From Eledone cirrhosa (Eukaryota), in the NCBI GenBank assembly GCA_964016885.1, contig OZ024756.1, positions 40,858,001 to 40,922,000 of the forward strand: a stretch of 64,000 nt of DNA. Reading direction: 5' to 3'. Of this stretch, positions 38,480 to 53,220 are shown in pieces. A program made the translations under genes and the position numbers. Every line of letters begins with the position of its first letter. Position 1 is the stretch's first letter. A model generated the notes under the pieces. It was not told the DNA's origin, did not search any database, and saw only the letters and a list, made by a program, of their open reading frames with translations.

Positions 38480-41400
38480 TATATAATGTGACTATATCAC
38501 TATATAATGTGGCTATATCACTATATAATGTGGTTATATCACTATATAATGTGGCTATATCACTATATAATGTGGCTATATCACTATATAATGTGGCTAT
38601 ATCACTATATAATGTGGTTATATCACTATATAATGTGGCTATATCACTATATAATGTGGTTATATCACTATATAATGTGGTTATATCACTATATAATGTG
38701 GTTATATCACTATATGTGGTTATATCACTATACAATGTGGGTATATCACTATACAATGTAGCTATATCACTATATAATGTGGTTATATCACTATACAATG
38801 TGGCTATATCACTATATAATGTGGGTATATCACTATATAATGTAGCTATATCACTATATAATGTGGTTATATCACTATATAATGTGGTTATATCACTATA
38901 TAATGTGGTTATATCACTATATAATGTAGCTATATCACTATATAATGTAGCTATATCACTATATAATGTGGTTATATCACTATATAATGTGATTATATCA
39001 CTATATAATGTGGTTATATCACTATATAATGTGGTTATATCACTATATAATGTGGCTATATCACTATATAATGTGGTTATATCACTATATAATGTGGTTA
39101 TATCACTATATGTGGTTATATCACTATATAATGTGGTTATATCACTATATAATGTGGTTATATCACTATATAATGTGGTTATATCACTATATAATGTGGT
39201 TATATCACTATATAATGTGGTTATATCACTATATAATGTGGCTATATCACTATATAATGTGGTTATATCACTATATAATGTGGTTATATCACTATATAAT
39301 GTGGTTATATCACTATATAATGTGGTTATATCACTATATAATGTGGTTATATCACTATATGTGGTTATATCACTATATAGTGTGGTTATATCACTATATA
39401 ATGTGGCTATATCACTATATAATGTGGTTATATCACTATATAATGTGGTTATATCACTATATAATGTGGGTATATCACTATATAATGTGGTTATATCACT
39501 ATATAATGTAGCTATATCACTATATAATGTAGTTATATCACTATATAATGTGGTTATATCACTATATAATGTAGTTATATCACTATATAATGTGGTTATA
39601 TCACTATATAATGTAGTTATATCACTATATAATGTAGTTATATCACTATATAATGTGGTTATATCACTATATAATGTGGTTATATCACTATATAATGTAG
39701 TTATATCACTATATAATGTGGTTATATCACTATATAATGTGGTTATATCACTATATAATGTGGGTATATCACTATATAATGTGGCTATATCACTATATAA
39801 TGTGGGTATATCACTATATAATGTGGCTTTATCACTATATAATGTGATTATATCACTATATGTGGTTATATCACTATATAATGTGGTAATATCACTATAT
39901 AATGTGGTAATATCACTATATAATGTGGGTATATCACTATATAATGTGATTATATCACTATATAATGTGGTTATATCACTATATAATGTAGCTATATCAC
40001 TATATAATGTGGTTATATCACTATATAATGTAGCTATATCACTATATAATGTGGTTATATCACTATATAATGTGGCTATATCACTATATAATGTGGTTAT
40101 ATCACTATATAATGTGGTTATATCACTATATAATGTGGTTATATCACTATATAATGTGGTTATATCACTATATAATGTGGTTATATCACTATATGTGGTT
40201 ATATCACTATATAGTGTGGTTATATCACTATATAATGTGGTTATATCACTATATAATGTGGCTATATCACTATATAATGTGGTTATATCACTATATAATG
40301 TGGCTATATCACTATATAATGTGGTTATATCACTATATAATGTGGTTATATCACTATATAATGTGGGTATATCACTATATAATGTGGCTATATCACTATA
40401 TAATGTGGTTATATCACTATATAATGTGGTTATATCACTATATGTGGTTATATCACTATATAATGTGGCTATATCACTATATAATGTGGGTATATCACTA
40501 TATAATGTGGCTTTATCACTATATAATGTGATTATATCACTATATGTGGTTATATCACTATATAATGTGGTTATATCACTATATAATGTGGTAATATCAC
40601 TATATAATGTGGTTATATCACTATATAATGTGGGTATATCACTATATAATGTAGTTATATCACTATATAATGTGGTTATATCACTATATAATGTGGTTAT
40701 ATCACTATATAATGTGGTTATATCACTATATAATGTGGTTATATCACTATATAATGTGGTTATATCACTATATAATGTAGCTATATCACTATATAATGTG
40801 GGTATATCACTATATAATGTGGTTATATCACTATATAATGTGGTTATATCACTATATAATGTGGTTATATCACTATATAATGTGACTATATCACTATATA
40901 ATGTGGTTATATCACTATATAATGTAGCTATATCACTATATAATGTGGTTATATCACTATATAATGTGGTTATATCACTATATAATGTAGCTATATCACT
41001 ATATAATGTGGTTATATCACTATATAATGTGGTTATATCACTATATAATGTGGTTATATCACTATATAATGTGGTTATATACTATATAATGTGGTAATAT
41101 CACTATATAATGTGGTTATATCACTATATAATGTGGGTATATCACTATATAATGTGGTTATATACTATATAATGTGGTAATATCACTATATAATGTGGTT
41201 ATATCACTATATAATGTGGTTATATCACTATATAATGTGGTTATATACTATATAATGTGGTAATATCACTATATAATGTGGTTATATCACTATATAATGT
41301 GGGTATATCACTATATAATGTGGTTATATCACTATATAATGTGGTTATATCACTATATAATGTAGCTATATCACTATATAATGTGGGTATATCACTATAT

Positions 41401-42655
41401 AATGTGGTTATATACTATATAATGTGGTAATATCACTATATAATGTGGTTATATCACTATATAATGTGGTTATATCACTATATAATGTGGTTATATACTA
41501 TATAATGTGGTAATATCACTATATAATGTGGTTATATCACTATATAATGTGGGTATATCACTATATAATGTGGTTATATCACTATATAATGTGGTTATAT
41601 CACTATATAATGTAGCTATATCACTATATAATGTGGGTATATCACTATATAATGTGGTTATATCACTATATAATGTGGTTATATCACTATATAATGTGGT
41701 TATATCACTATATAATGTGACTATATCACTATATAATGTGGTTATATCACTATATAATGTGGTTATATCACTATATAATGTGGTTATATCACTATATAAT
41801 GTAGCTATATCACTATATAATGTGGTTATATCACTATATAATGTGGTTATATCACTATATAATGTGGTTATATCACTATATAATGTGGTTATATCACTAT
41901 ATAATGTGGTTATATCACTATATAATGTAGCTATATCACTATATAATGTGGTTATATCACTATATAATGTGGTTATATCACTATATAATGTAGCTATATC
42001 ACTATATAATGTGGTTATATCACTATATAATGTGGTTATATCACTATATAATGTGGTTATATCACTATATAATGTGGTTATATACTATATAATGTGGTAA
42101 TATCACTATATAATGTGGTTATATCACTATATAATGTGGGTATATCACTATATAATGTGGTTATATCACTATATAATGTGGTTATATCACTATATAATGT
42201 GGCTATATCACTATATAATGTGGCTATATCATTATATAATGTGGCTATATCATTATATAATGTGGTTATATCACTATATAATGTGTCTATATCACTATAT
42301 AATGTGGCTATATCACTATATAATGTGTCTATATCACTATATAATGTGGTTATATCACTATATAATGTGGCTATATCACTATATAATGTAGCTATATCAC
42401 TATATAATGTGTCTATATCACTATATAATGTGGTTATATCACTATATAATGTGTCTATATCACTATATAATGTGGCTATATCACTATATAATGTGGCTAT
42501 ATCATTATATAATGTGGCTATATCATTATATAATGTGGTTATATCACTATATAATGTGGCTATATCATTATATAATGTGATTATATCACTATATAATGTA
42601 GTTATATCACTATATAATGTGGCTATATCACTATATAATGTGGCTATATCACTAT
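38480..42655. repeat. Satellite of about 4.2 kb, 21-bp unit, about 200 copies
   Basis: Unit tatcactatataatgtgg(t/c/g)ta with occasional 18- and 20-bp variants. Confidence 0.98.
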
Positions 42656-43559
42656 ATTACACTTCAATAGTTTACTATATATTTCCTCTTCTCTATATTT
42701 CTAAATATCCAGCCATTACAACTGTCAACATCAGATTGCTGTCATTGGGTAGATGGCTGGTGTTTGGCTTTTAAATTTTTATTTTATCATTTCTCTCTTT
42801 CTCTTACTAATTATCTACCTATCTCTCTCTTACTATCTCTCGATCTCTTTCACTGTCTACCACTCTCATTATCTCTTCTTTTTGTTACTATCTCTTTATC
42901 TTTCTATCTCACTCTTCCTCTCTCCACACCTACACAATATACAAACAAATAGCTATGTATTTCTTCTATACAGGCAAACACCATTCAGTATCCTTTGCTT
43001 TCTATCAACTGCTATAAGTAGTGATAGCACCATTCACCTGCCTCTTACCTGTTCTAATCAACAGACAGCTGATTCCTACCCACATTCTGTTAGTGATAAA
43101 CTACTGTTGAAGGGGAAGTGGCAGGAGTTAACTAAATAATAACTAGACAAAGAATGGTTTCTGCTATTAAGCAGACATTTTTCATTGTAAGATCTTCACA
43201 GACAAATATATTTACTAATAGCATCAGAAGAAGAACAATATCTTTTAAACTTATCGAGAGATTCTCTTTATATAAAGAAGAAGCAGTTAAATTTAATAAA
43301 CTCATTCAGAATATTTCAGACTTTTAACAAGTTCTTTTTACATCGTCTTATTTTATTTCAAAATATTGTTAAAAAATTTAACAAATTTGAGACTAATGAA
43401 AAAGAATGAAATCAAAACTGAATAGAAATAATTTGTCCTAGTATTTCTTATTAGATAAATTCTGTTCCTATATGTGTTTGTGTGTGTGTGTGTATATGAT
43501 GGCTGATTGAATACACACGTGTTTTTTTTCTCCCCAATTTTTTTCTCATTTTCCCTGTT

Positions 43560-43730
43560 CCTTCCTCTCATCACTCTTTACTTTCTATTTATCTTCTATT
43601 TCTAACTATCTTCTGATGAAGGACCAGTGTCCAAAACATTAAGACTCTCTTCCTCCTATTTCAAGCATTAAACAAATATATTTCTTCCATGTACTGTGCT
43701 GTTTGTTTTGTTATTTTTGTTATTACTCTT
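43560..43730 (+). mobile_element. Penelope-type repeat end with minimal HHR (family C; GAAA mutated to AAAA)
   Basis: TCTT-CTGATGA-a-GGAC cagt GTCC-aAAAC-ATT-AAGA at about 43609-43644: stem I TCTT/AAGA and stem II GGAC/GTCC are intact. Confidence 0.65.
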
Positions 43731-43784
<54 letters not shown>

Positions 43785-46059
43785 CAAGAAATGACATAAC
43801 TATTTTTCCATGCTTACATGCCCAACCTGCTAGTCGAACCCAGCACTTTGGAACTCTTCACCCCCGTGGGTTAACCAGTCTTCGAATTGTTGGACTTTTG
43901 AAATGCTTATATATATATATATAGAGACATACACACACACATAGATTTATATATCAATTTGAAAATGTCTCTGGTGGTTTCACTACTGGTTGAAAACTTT
44001 AATAAATGGAAGAAACTAAGATATCAAGTTTCTAATAGTTTGGCTTCATTTACTGAAATATTCTTCATTACACACCCAAGTTTCTAATTTCTCCTCTGAG
44101 GGAAAATTCTATTTCGTATGATTTCCTTTGAGGTGGGTTAATTTCAGTTATTAAATTAAACTAAAATTAATAGATAAATCATCAACGATCACATCTAATT
44201 GTCAATCAACATTACAACAATCATCTGAACCCTCCTCCTGTAAAGAGCTGGTAATTTAGTGTGACGCCTGTTACATCAGAAATATTACTAGTGGGTGGAT
44301 CTAAACACAACTTCCAACTGATCGCTAATTGACACCCACACTTTAGTAGGCTTACAATGAATTGGAGGAAGACAAGTAAAGGAATTATTTGTTCATATGA
44401 CAAATAGAAAAAAGGTCCCCTTGGGTTGAACATCCTCACTATAATGCAAGGATATTCAGTTTTATTATTTTGTAATTTTTAATAAATTAAGATAATTACA
44501 AATAGCAATTTCTTACCTCCTACAATAATTGCTTGCAATTAACTTATTTTAATATATTTACATATACATGTTTAGTTTATAGATTAATGTAACATATTTT
44601 GTCTAAATTGTCTAAATTTATAGTTTTACTATTTCATAATTTAATGACAACAATTCATAATTTGTTACTTCATAGCTCACCTACAATAGTTGCTGTGAAA
44701 TAACTTATGTAAAGATATCAGGTTTATTTACATATGTTTAGTTTATAACATAATGCAACATTTTAATATGTTTTTCATAAATCTTTTATAAAAGTATAAA
44801 TTTACACTGTTTTATGTTACAGATTTATGTAAATCAAACTAACATACATATATAAATGTAAATTATATTTTCATATGGAGACTGAAACATGCACCTCCCT
44901 GGCTAGGGAATAGAAAACAGAAATTATATTTCCTTTTTATTCAAGTTATTGGCTTTTTCAGGAGTGAAGAGTTATTCTGTCAGAGAGCGAAGTCTCAGAG
45001 AAAAGCACTGGGTGGCTTTGGATAAAAAGGTGCTGATCCATGGCTGGTTGCAAGTCGGAGCCTGATCAACCCTAGCCTGATCAACCACCCTGGCTGTGTC
45101 ACTGGGGTCACCGATGCAGGAATATATGATGCTGAAAGACCTGAAACACCCAATGAACTCTGTTCACATTGTTGATGATGTATCTTGTACATTTGTCTTT
45201 TATCTACAATTAATGATATATTAGTAGAAAACCTTTGAACAACAATTAGTTCTGATCTATTATTAATCTATGATAGAAGCAGCAAAGTAAACCAACAGTT
45301 TGAGATATTGGATGTCTGATATAGTACTAGGAACAAATAACATTGTTTAGATCAAAGAGAGAATGGGGGGTGGGAGAAGAAGAAAGTTATTAGAAATAAA
45401 TGATTAAAAAGAGTAAACCATACCCAACAAAACACATTAATGTATAAAAAATACTAAAAGAAATGATTTTATGAAGTACTTCAAATGATAAGTAAACTAT
45501 AAATCATATTGTTTAAACAGAAAGTGAAGAGAGGAAACTGTTCACACAGATTGTAGAGATAACATAAAATAGATAAAAAGTAGGAAATTTATGAGGAATA
45601 TCAAAACCAATAATAATAAAAATAATATTCTGATGGTAAATAATAATTTAACAACAGACTATACTACTACTAATAATAATAAAATAGAACCTACAGACAT
45701 TTACATTTTATAAAGTGGAGAAGAGCAAGATTATATATTATGGAATATCATTTCGAATCAACTTTCCTCATCTCTTCATTTTCTCTTTCTCTCTTTCTAC
45801 ATTACACATGTCCACACCCACACACACGCAGTCATACACACACTTTCTTCCTTTCATTCTCTCTCTCTCTCCCTTCTCTCTCTACAATTACCTTGGCTCC
45901 ATTTTACCTTTGTCATAAATATCTTTTATATATACACACACACACTGTACTTTTTTCATGAATTCTGACAGTTTCGATAAATACTTGACAAATATTCAAG
46001 TAAAATTGGACAAAATTTCTATAGAGCAATATTATTATTAATAATATTTTTAGTCTTAC

Positions 46060-46090
46060 CTGGTCGTTAGTATTCATTATTTTTAAAATT
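46060..46090 (-). CDS. Candidate small exon ending ...MNTNDQ, upstream partner of the 33685 IQ exon
   Basis: aaaataATGAATACTAACGACCAG|gtaaga has a strong phase-0 donor. Splicing gives DQMKTTAATKIQ, placing D at the same position as in DPNIHHAATKIQ and DPRAHEAATKIQ. The 5' boundary is uncertain. Confidence 0.5.
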
Positions 46091-47410
46091 CTTACAAACG
46101 TCAATAGATATGTATATGTATATATGTGTGTGTATATGTGTATGTTTTGAAATTCTGGATCTATATACAAACATATACTTATGTATATATACAGAATTCC
46201 ACTTGGGTGTATTGATTAGTCTAACGAAGAACACAGGTACAGTTTTATATAGATATAAATAAATAAATAAATAAATAGATGTGCTTATGAGGAGAGATAG
46301 AAAATTCAAGGTAGAAAAACAATCTTAAGGTTTGGTATAGGTAAATATTTAGGAGGAGCCAGACAATCCCAACTGGCAGCTGTCATTACAGGTAAGACTG
46401 GTCTTGGATGCTTGGAAAAATTTCTAGCAGAAAACGCAATTAACTGACAGAGAACGATGGCAGGTTTAGATGGTTGAACGGGTTGAAATATTACTCCATT
46501 TACAGTTTAGCTAGTTTATATAAACAACTAGCATGTTTCTCAGCAGCAGCAATAACAGCAACAGTTCCAGCAGAAGATGGTAAAAAGAAAGAAAGTGTGT
46601 GAGTAGGTGGAAGTAGGTGTGAGTAGGCGGTAAAGACCATTTATAATAGATAAACACAAACTAACAAAACTAATTGATTACAAGTGAAGCAGCTTCCTTG
46701 AGAGTTAGAGAAGGTACAACAAACATCTCTGATAAGCCTTAGCAAGGATTCTAGAGACCCAACATACGTCAGCAAATACTTATAGGTGAAGCTATTTTCA
46801 GGTGAATGTATATTCTTCTTTCACCAATGCTCACAACACTATTTCCACTTTGGTGAACAGTTGCCATAAAACTTATACACTTATCATCTCAAACATTCTA
46901 AAGACTACAGATATTATTTCACACGTCATTCCATCTATTTTTAACAGAAATAATATCTTTTCTTTAACTCTTCTCCATTATTGAATGTTAGATTTCTATA
47001 GCCCCACCCCTACACCTCTTTCTCTCTCTCTCACCCCGCCTTTCCCTCCCTCTCACACTTTCTGTCTCCCTCTATCTCTCTCTCTCGCCATCAACCCCAC
47101 ACACAGACACAAACAGACAGACACAAACACACAGACACACGTATTCAGTTATCTCCTTTAGATAAATGTGGAAAAGTAATATTCTTTAATCATGCAAGAG
47201 ATGAGAGAGAGATGATAGAGTGAAAGGAGGAGTGAGAGATAGAGAGAGAAAGGGGGAGTAAGAGAGAGAGTTTGAACAAGTGCATTAAGCACAAAACTCC
47301 TGACCATCAAGTTACTACTATAGTCTTGCATCTATAATAAAATGTGTGTGTGTGTGCATATGCATGGATGTGTATATATATATACATACATACAAATAAA
47401 AATATGTACT

Positions 47411-47442
<32 letters not shown>

Positions 47443-47444
<2 letters not shown>

Positions 47445-47930
47445 TGGCAGTAGCACTAACATAGCATTAAGCATAATAAGTATATTATATGAAAGCATAT
47501 ACTATATGTTTATATACAATAAATATTTGGGAGCCTTACTATCAAAGAAAAGATATCTTTTCATCATGAAAATAATCTCCCTCTTTTTCTCTGAAAATGT
47601 CAGATATCTTAGTAGCTGTTGAGAATGCCAGACAGCTGTTTCAAGATTCATTACTCTCTCATCAGTGACATTCACTCAACCCATACTGTAATAAAAAGAA
47701 GACTAGAGCCCCTATAGATTTCAGGTGATGAACATTTGCAGGGTATGCTTATATAGCAAATAGAAAACATCCACTGGAAATGCTCATTTGCATATAGTGA
47801 AAACTTGGTTGGTTATAATTAATTGGCAGTAGCACTAAGATAGCGTTAAGTATAATAGGGGTGTATATGAAAGCCTATAGTATATATGTTTATATACACT
47901 AAATATTTGAGTGTCGCTATCAAAGAAAAA
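47443..47930 (-). mobile_element. Retrozyme-like non-coding element: 379-bp unit plus a diverged terminal direct repeat of about 108 bp, containing an HHR
   Basis: attggcagtagcactaa...ctatcaaagaaaa at 47443-47551 and 47822-47930; octamer at 47786-47793; HHR at 47618-47680. Confidence 0.75.
47618..47680 (-). ncRNA. Type I hammerhead ribozyme with intact core and GUC cleavage site
   Basis: Minus strand GTTGAgtGAATGTCA-CTGATGA-GAGA gtaatgaa TCTT-GAA-ACAGCTGT-C-TGGCATTC-TCAAC: 8-bp stem I with a further extension, 4-bp stem II, palindromic stem III; predicted cut between 47631 and 47630. Confidence 0.88.
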
Positions 47931-48054
47931 ATGATGTGGCACCTGGAAGGAGGACTGCACCTGCCAAGGATGTTGCTTTATTTACCCCAAGACAAAGTGA
48001 ACTTCACCTGAAATGATGAGAGGTTGTTTTGAAGAGAGACCTTCCAAATGGACA

Positions 48055-48290
48055 TAGATATGATGATAATAATCATCAGTAGCAGCAGCATCACTCCCTC
48101 GCCACCACCACCACCCCCACAACCAACACCACCATCATTATCACCACTACCGCCTTCACATCCCCACCACCACCACCACCATCATCACCACTGCCACCAT
48201 CACCTCACCACCACCACCACTGCCATAGCTGCCACCATCATCACCACGACAACTACCACACCCACCATCACCATCACTATCATAACCATT
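48055..48290. repeat. (CAC/CAT)n low-complexity tract
   Basis: Direct inspection. Confidence 0.85.
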
Positions 48291-51200
48291 GATATATTAG
48301 ATAGAATAATGTATAGAATGAAATCCTAGTATACATTGGAATGTCTTATGATCTGAAAATTAAACCTGAGAAGTTTTAAGAATCAAAGAAATAAGAGCTG
48401 TGAGATGGTTAATGGACTGTAAAGTAACATCTAGATAGATTCGGAGTAGTTTTACTAGATTTGTTTAGAAAACAAAGTGTAATGGAATTATTTCAACAAA
48501 CTATTTCAGCCACACAATAAAATGCCCTCAAAGAATTTATCGCCTCCAGAATTCCATGTTAACAGAATAAATAAACTTGTATCTTATTGGCAAAAATGTG
48601 TAAATTCTAATGAGTTTTATTTCAATCAATAAAGTTTATTCTGCCCATTTTAAAGTTAATGTTTAAAAACCTGCATTAATTTCTGAATAACTTGATATTT
48701 GGAGAAAGTATTTCAATAAGAAATGGCACAAAACAATTGGTAAAGTGATGAAGCAGTTTCAAGGTTCTTGGGTAAGAAAAATTAAAACGAAAACAAAGTT
48801 TATGTAATAAATTCCCTTTTAGTAGAAGTGCTTTGTTGTTGTTAGGTTGTAAGAATAAAACAACAAATATAAACCCCCAGATCAGTTGACTGTGATATAT
48901 GATATGACGTAGCTGTTGTTACAGTGAAAGTTGGCAGATATAGCTTTACAGGCAAATGTGGTAGAGATTTTTAATATTTGTGTCTGCATCAGAAAACAAT
49001 AATATTTCCCATGAATCCACTTGAGAAAAGGTAATCAAATCTCACAATTACTTGGAGTCTCTCATAGAGAACAAAGGAGAAAAGCAAATTTATTGTAACT
49101 ACAGTTGGCTGCGCCTGATTGCAATAATTACCTGTGCATTCCAGTGTTCTGTTAAAGAATAATGTAATGCCAGATTGTTATCAAATGTCTGATATTCAAG
49201 TGTTTGAATAATAGCACATATTTAATACTTGGCTGGCAATTCAGTGCAAAGATATAAGCATCCACTCCATATATGTTATGATTTTTCTAGTTTGTTGTCT
49301 CATAGTGATGAGTTCAAATCTTAGCAAGGTCAAGTTGACCTTTCATTAGTTGATGGTTAACAAAGTAAGCAGTAGTAATTTTGTGGTCACCATTTGGGAT
49401 ATAATTACCACTTGTCTTATCTTTCACTTTTAGCCAGTAAAAGTCCTTTGCTCCTATCCACTAAAGTTCAAATCATGCTAAGGTCAACTCTGCCTTTCAT
49501 TCTTCCAAGGTTGATGAAGTGAAGTACCAGTCAAGTACTGGGGTTGAATTAGTAGAAGATGCTCAAAATGCCATTGTGGTATTCTGGCTTTTTATATTAA
49601 TTTTTTTTTCTTTTGAAATGTTGTGTCCTGAGTACCCATCTCTGTGACCTACACTATGGTATTAAACCAGTGACTTCCTTGCCACACACACACATATGCA
49701 AGCATGGAAAAGAGGACGTAAAAACGATGATGATGATATATATTATATATTTTTTTCTAATTAAAGAAATCAAATAATTATTAAAGTTGACCTTGGCAGG
49801 ATTTGAACCCAGAGAACAGGGACCTGGAACACGTCCATGTGTCAATATGTCTTTCTTTTCATTCTACACAAATGAAATTATGATATTAAATATTTCACAA
49901 CTGGAGAAATAAAAAAAAAAAAGCCAGAAAGGAATGAATGTCATTCCTTTTGACTTTGTACCTACATACAGACATAGAGAGAATATAATTCCTTGCAAGG
50001 ATATACCTGTAGGGGGGATAAAGTTGATAACAATATGACATTTTAACTTGTTTTGAGAAGTTCATACATATGATAAACTGATAGGGAAGCTTGATGGTAA
50101 ACAAGTTAGGCTAGAGTAACTGAGAAACCATAGAAATGTTTATATGAAATTGTTACATGTGAAATTAGGAGTTATAAACAGATTAAGTAAATATTCTGAC
50201 AAAGTCTTAATACTGTTGTTTTCAGTGTTTCCTTTCTAGATAATGGTCTCTTCATTCTAAAGAACAACAGAACAAACTTACATGTAAAGGTGTAAATAAA
50301 AGTAACATAGATTCTCTTTACAAGTGTTTGTTTACATAAGTAATCTATCATGTAGGGCACAAATAACATTTCTCTCAAGTTTCTATATGATAGCTATTCT
50401 TAGAGTTAGTTTTTTTCTTAATATGTAGTATCATATAAATACATATTTGTAAAGAAAAAGTACAAGGTTGTCACTGTATTTATTTACACATATAGATCTT
50501 GTACGTCTTCTAGACAAATATATATATCTACACACACACACACATAAATGGCTCTTTTCAATAGTGATTGATGGTTTTAAGACCCATTATGGTCATGTTC
50601 TACCAAGTGCACAAGAGAGGTTGTTTTGGAGTATTTCTCTATAAATGGAAGCAAGTGTGTATGATCTCTGAGGAAGATTCCAATTAGAGCTGAAATTCCA
50701 GTCAGATCATTTACTCTTTTTCAGTCTATGAAGAAATACATAAAAAAGACATTTTTTTACATTGATTGGTGTATTTATCCTTCAGTCATATACATCCTTC
50801 ATTAAAGCTTGTACTTTTTCTGTACAGATATATATTTATCCTATATCTTCGTGCCTAATTAAGTATGAAGAATTTGTGTCCTATAGATTACTCTAGATAT
50901 GATCGCAGAGATCATTATAATAATCATCATCATTGAATTAACGTTTGTTTCTCCAAGTTAGTTCAATAACCGTATAATACAACACCTCTTCATGCATTTT
51001 AATCCTGTTTTATCTCATGTGAAAGGCCTAACATTTCATTGTCAGCCAAGCATATGTCATTCATTCACATTACATTAATACAAGTGAAGTTGTTGTTGTT
51101 ATTGTTTAACCTCATGTCAGTTGCAAGGTTGGTTAGTCATAACTGGAATGCCTTTTGGCATATGATGATTAACCATAGGAATGCATGCATGTGTGTGCGT

Positions 51201-51469
51201 ATGTGTGTATATGTGTATGTATGTAGGCATGTATGCAGGCATGTATGCATATATGTATGCATGAATGCGTGTGTGTGTGCATGTGTGTGTGTATAGACAC
51301 ATAGCCCCTGATGGAGTTGTAGGGGTGCTATCATCACATACAGCATGTCTTGGGCACTTTAAAGCTGCGGGAAGCCCACCCCCTCTCTGAGTCTGAACAT
51401 AGCTGATTTCTTCCTGAGAATGAGAGACAGTGACAGAGAGAAAGAGATACAGAAGAAGAATTTACTCCA

Positions 51470-51610
51470 GAAGTACTGGATTGGTACTGTTTTATCGACC
51501 TTTAAAGGATGAAATGCAAAGTTGGCCTTGGTGAGACTTGAACTCAGAGTGCAGAGCCAAAACAAATATTGTAAAACATTGTATCTGACATTCTAACGAC
51601 TCTGCCAATT
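51470..51610 (-). mobile_element. Degenerate SINE (family of 5117)
   Basis: ggtactgttttatcgacctttaaaggatgaaatgcaaagttggcc...ttgaactcag...ctgccaatt. Confidence 0.75.
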
Positions 51611-52279
51611 TAGGAATCGCAACTACTAAATTAATGAGAGTTTATATTAAGACACATGTTAAACAGTATTTGAATAAGAGAATATATTTGAAACTTCATT
51701 TACAATTTAATTAACTAACTGATTCAAATTGTCTCCTATAGTTAGAGAACTATTTCAAGTTAAAATATTGATTTCTTACATTGAAGCAAGGCCACAAAGT
51801 TGTAAGTAAAATGTACAACCATTTCAATCAATTTCAGTATATTGCTTGGACTCATTTGAATTTAAAATATTGGAATCTAAATATTCCTGAAGTATTCAGT
51901 TGCTGCTTTAAAATCTTCACTAGAAAGGCCCAACTGTGCACTTGTGAGTTAGACCTTATTTTCACTAGAACATTAAGTCCTACCCCAAGAAGAGTAACTT
52001 CTCTGACACTGTCAACTACTGAACTATTGTTTTCACTTCTAGTTGATAGAAACTAATACAATATTCTGTCACACTTTCAGGTTGTCTCTCTCCTCAGAGA
52101 AGACCACCAGGATGGCTTCTGTAGCGCTGGATCTATCTGGAACCTGACACCTTCAGGATATCTCTTTCTCCAGAAGAGACCACCATTATGCAGGAACCTG
52201 TCACCTTCTTCAGAGATTAATACTATGTTTTCTGTAGAGCTAGATCTACTACGAGTCCCTCCCCATTAAAACAGTTAAA

Positions 52280-52800
52280 GTAATGTTATTGTATTTGATA
52301 TCAGCCATGCTTTTGAGCATATCTGACATCTGAATACCTAAGCTAGAGTACCACCAATGAGTTTCAGCCCTTGAACTTTAATAGTAGTTTCCTGTTTGAC
52401 AGCCCTACCACAAGCTGTGATGATGGGTCTCCCTCTCATACACACCCTATCAATTCTTGGTTGTATCTTTGGCACTTTTCATTCTGTAGATTAATGTATA
52501 TAAGGACTTGCTTGCTGTCAATTCTAGCAGAGCTGAATTAACCTTCTGCACATAAATGTCATCCACATACAACAGAAACACATCATATAAAACCTGTACT
52601 GCTTCTATCAGAGACAGTACAGTCATATCTCAACATCACAATCACTGTTCATATTAAAGAAACAATCTTTACAAATGTTAGTCCTCACAATCACTGGAGA
52701 TCTTTCATGGAAACTGCTCATACAAAACATAGCTAAGCCTGCTTTCAAGAGTTGAACCATCCACAGACAGAAAGCACTGCAACTCTACTCAATTGATTCC
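52280..52800 (+). mobile_element. Ancient non-LTR reverse transcriptase remnant (Jockey/CR1/I-like)
   Basis: VFDISHAFEHI*H resembles the RT motif D.skAFD.VwH and is followed by an SFL.D..DG-like remnant; many stops and frameshifts. Confidence 0.45.
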
Positions 52801-53039
52801 CCACTACAACGCTCAAAATTGTAGATTACCTCCCAAACAATTGATATTAGAATAAAATAAAGAGGAGACATGGAGGAGTAACAATAGTCATTGAGAAGAT
52901 TACAGAATATGTGAAAAAACTTCTGACAATTAAACAACCATCTGGTTATTAAACTAACCTAGGAACCAGTTATCCAACTAATGATAAAAATGAAGTGAAA
53001 CACAACTGATTAGCAGCATGAACGTTCCAAAGTATATGT

Positions 53040-53220
53040 ATATATATATATACATGCATAAAGTAAACGGAAACAACAAAGCAAACAACACAGTACAATA
53101 TATTAGTTCCGCAGTTGATATAGTAAGATATGTTTCAGACACTAGTCCTTCATCAGATAATAGAATGAGAAATAAAAGATGAAATAGAAAGATAGTAAGA
53201 AGAGGAAGGAACGAATAAAC
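53040..53220 (-). mobile_element. Penelope-type repeat end with HHR core (family C)
   Basis: Minus strand ttat-CTGATGA-a-GGAC tagt GTCT-GAAAC-ata (about 53156-53130); the 3' strand of stem I appears deleted. Confidence 0.6.

Noticed and set aside
46353-46391. Plus-strand 39-nt micro-exon candidate (EEPDNPNWQLSLQ, donor CAG|gtaaga)
   Set aside because: The acceptor lacks a pyrimidine tract and no other plus-strand exon supports a gene.
48048-48329. Pro/His/Thr-rich 93-aa ORF
   Set aside because: Translation of a (CAC/CAT)n low-complexity tract with no domain or splice support.
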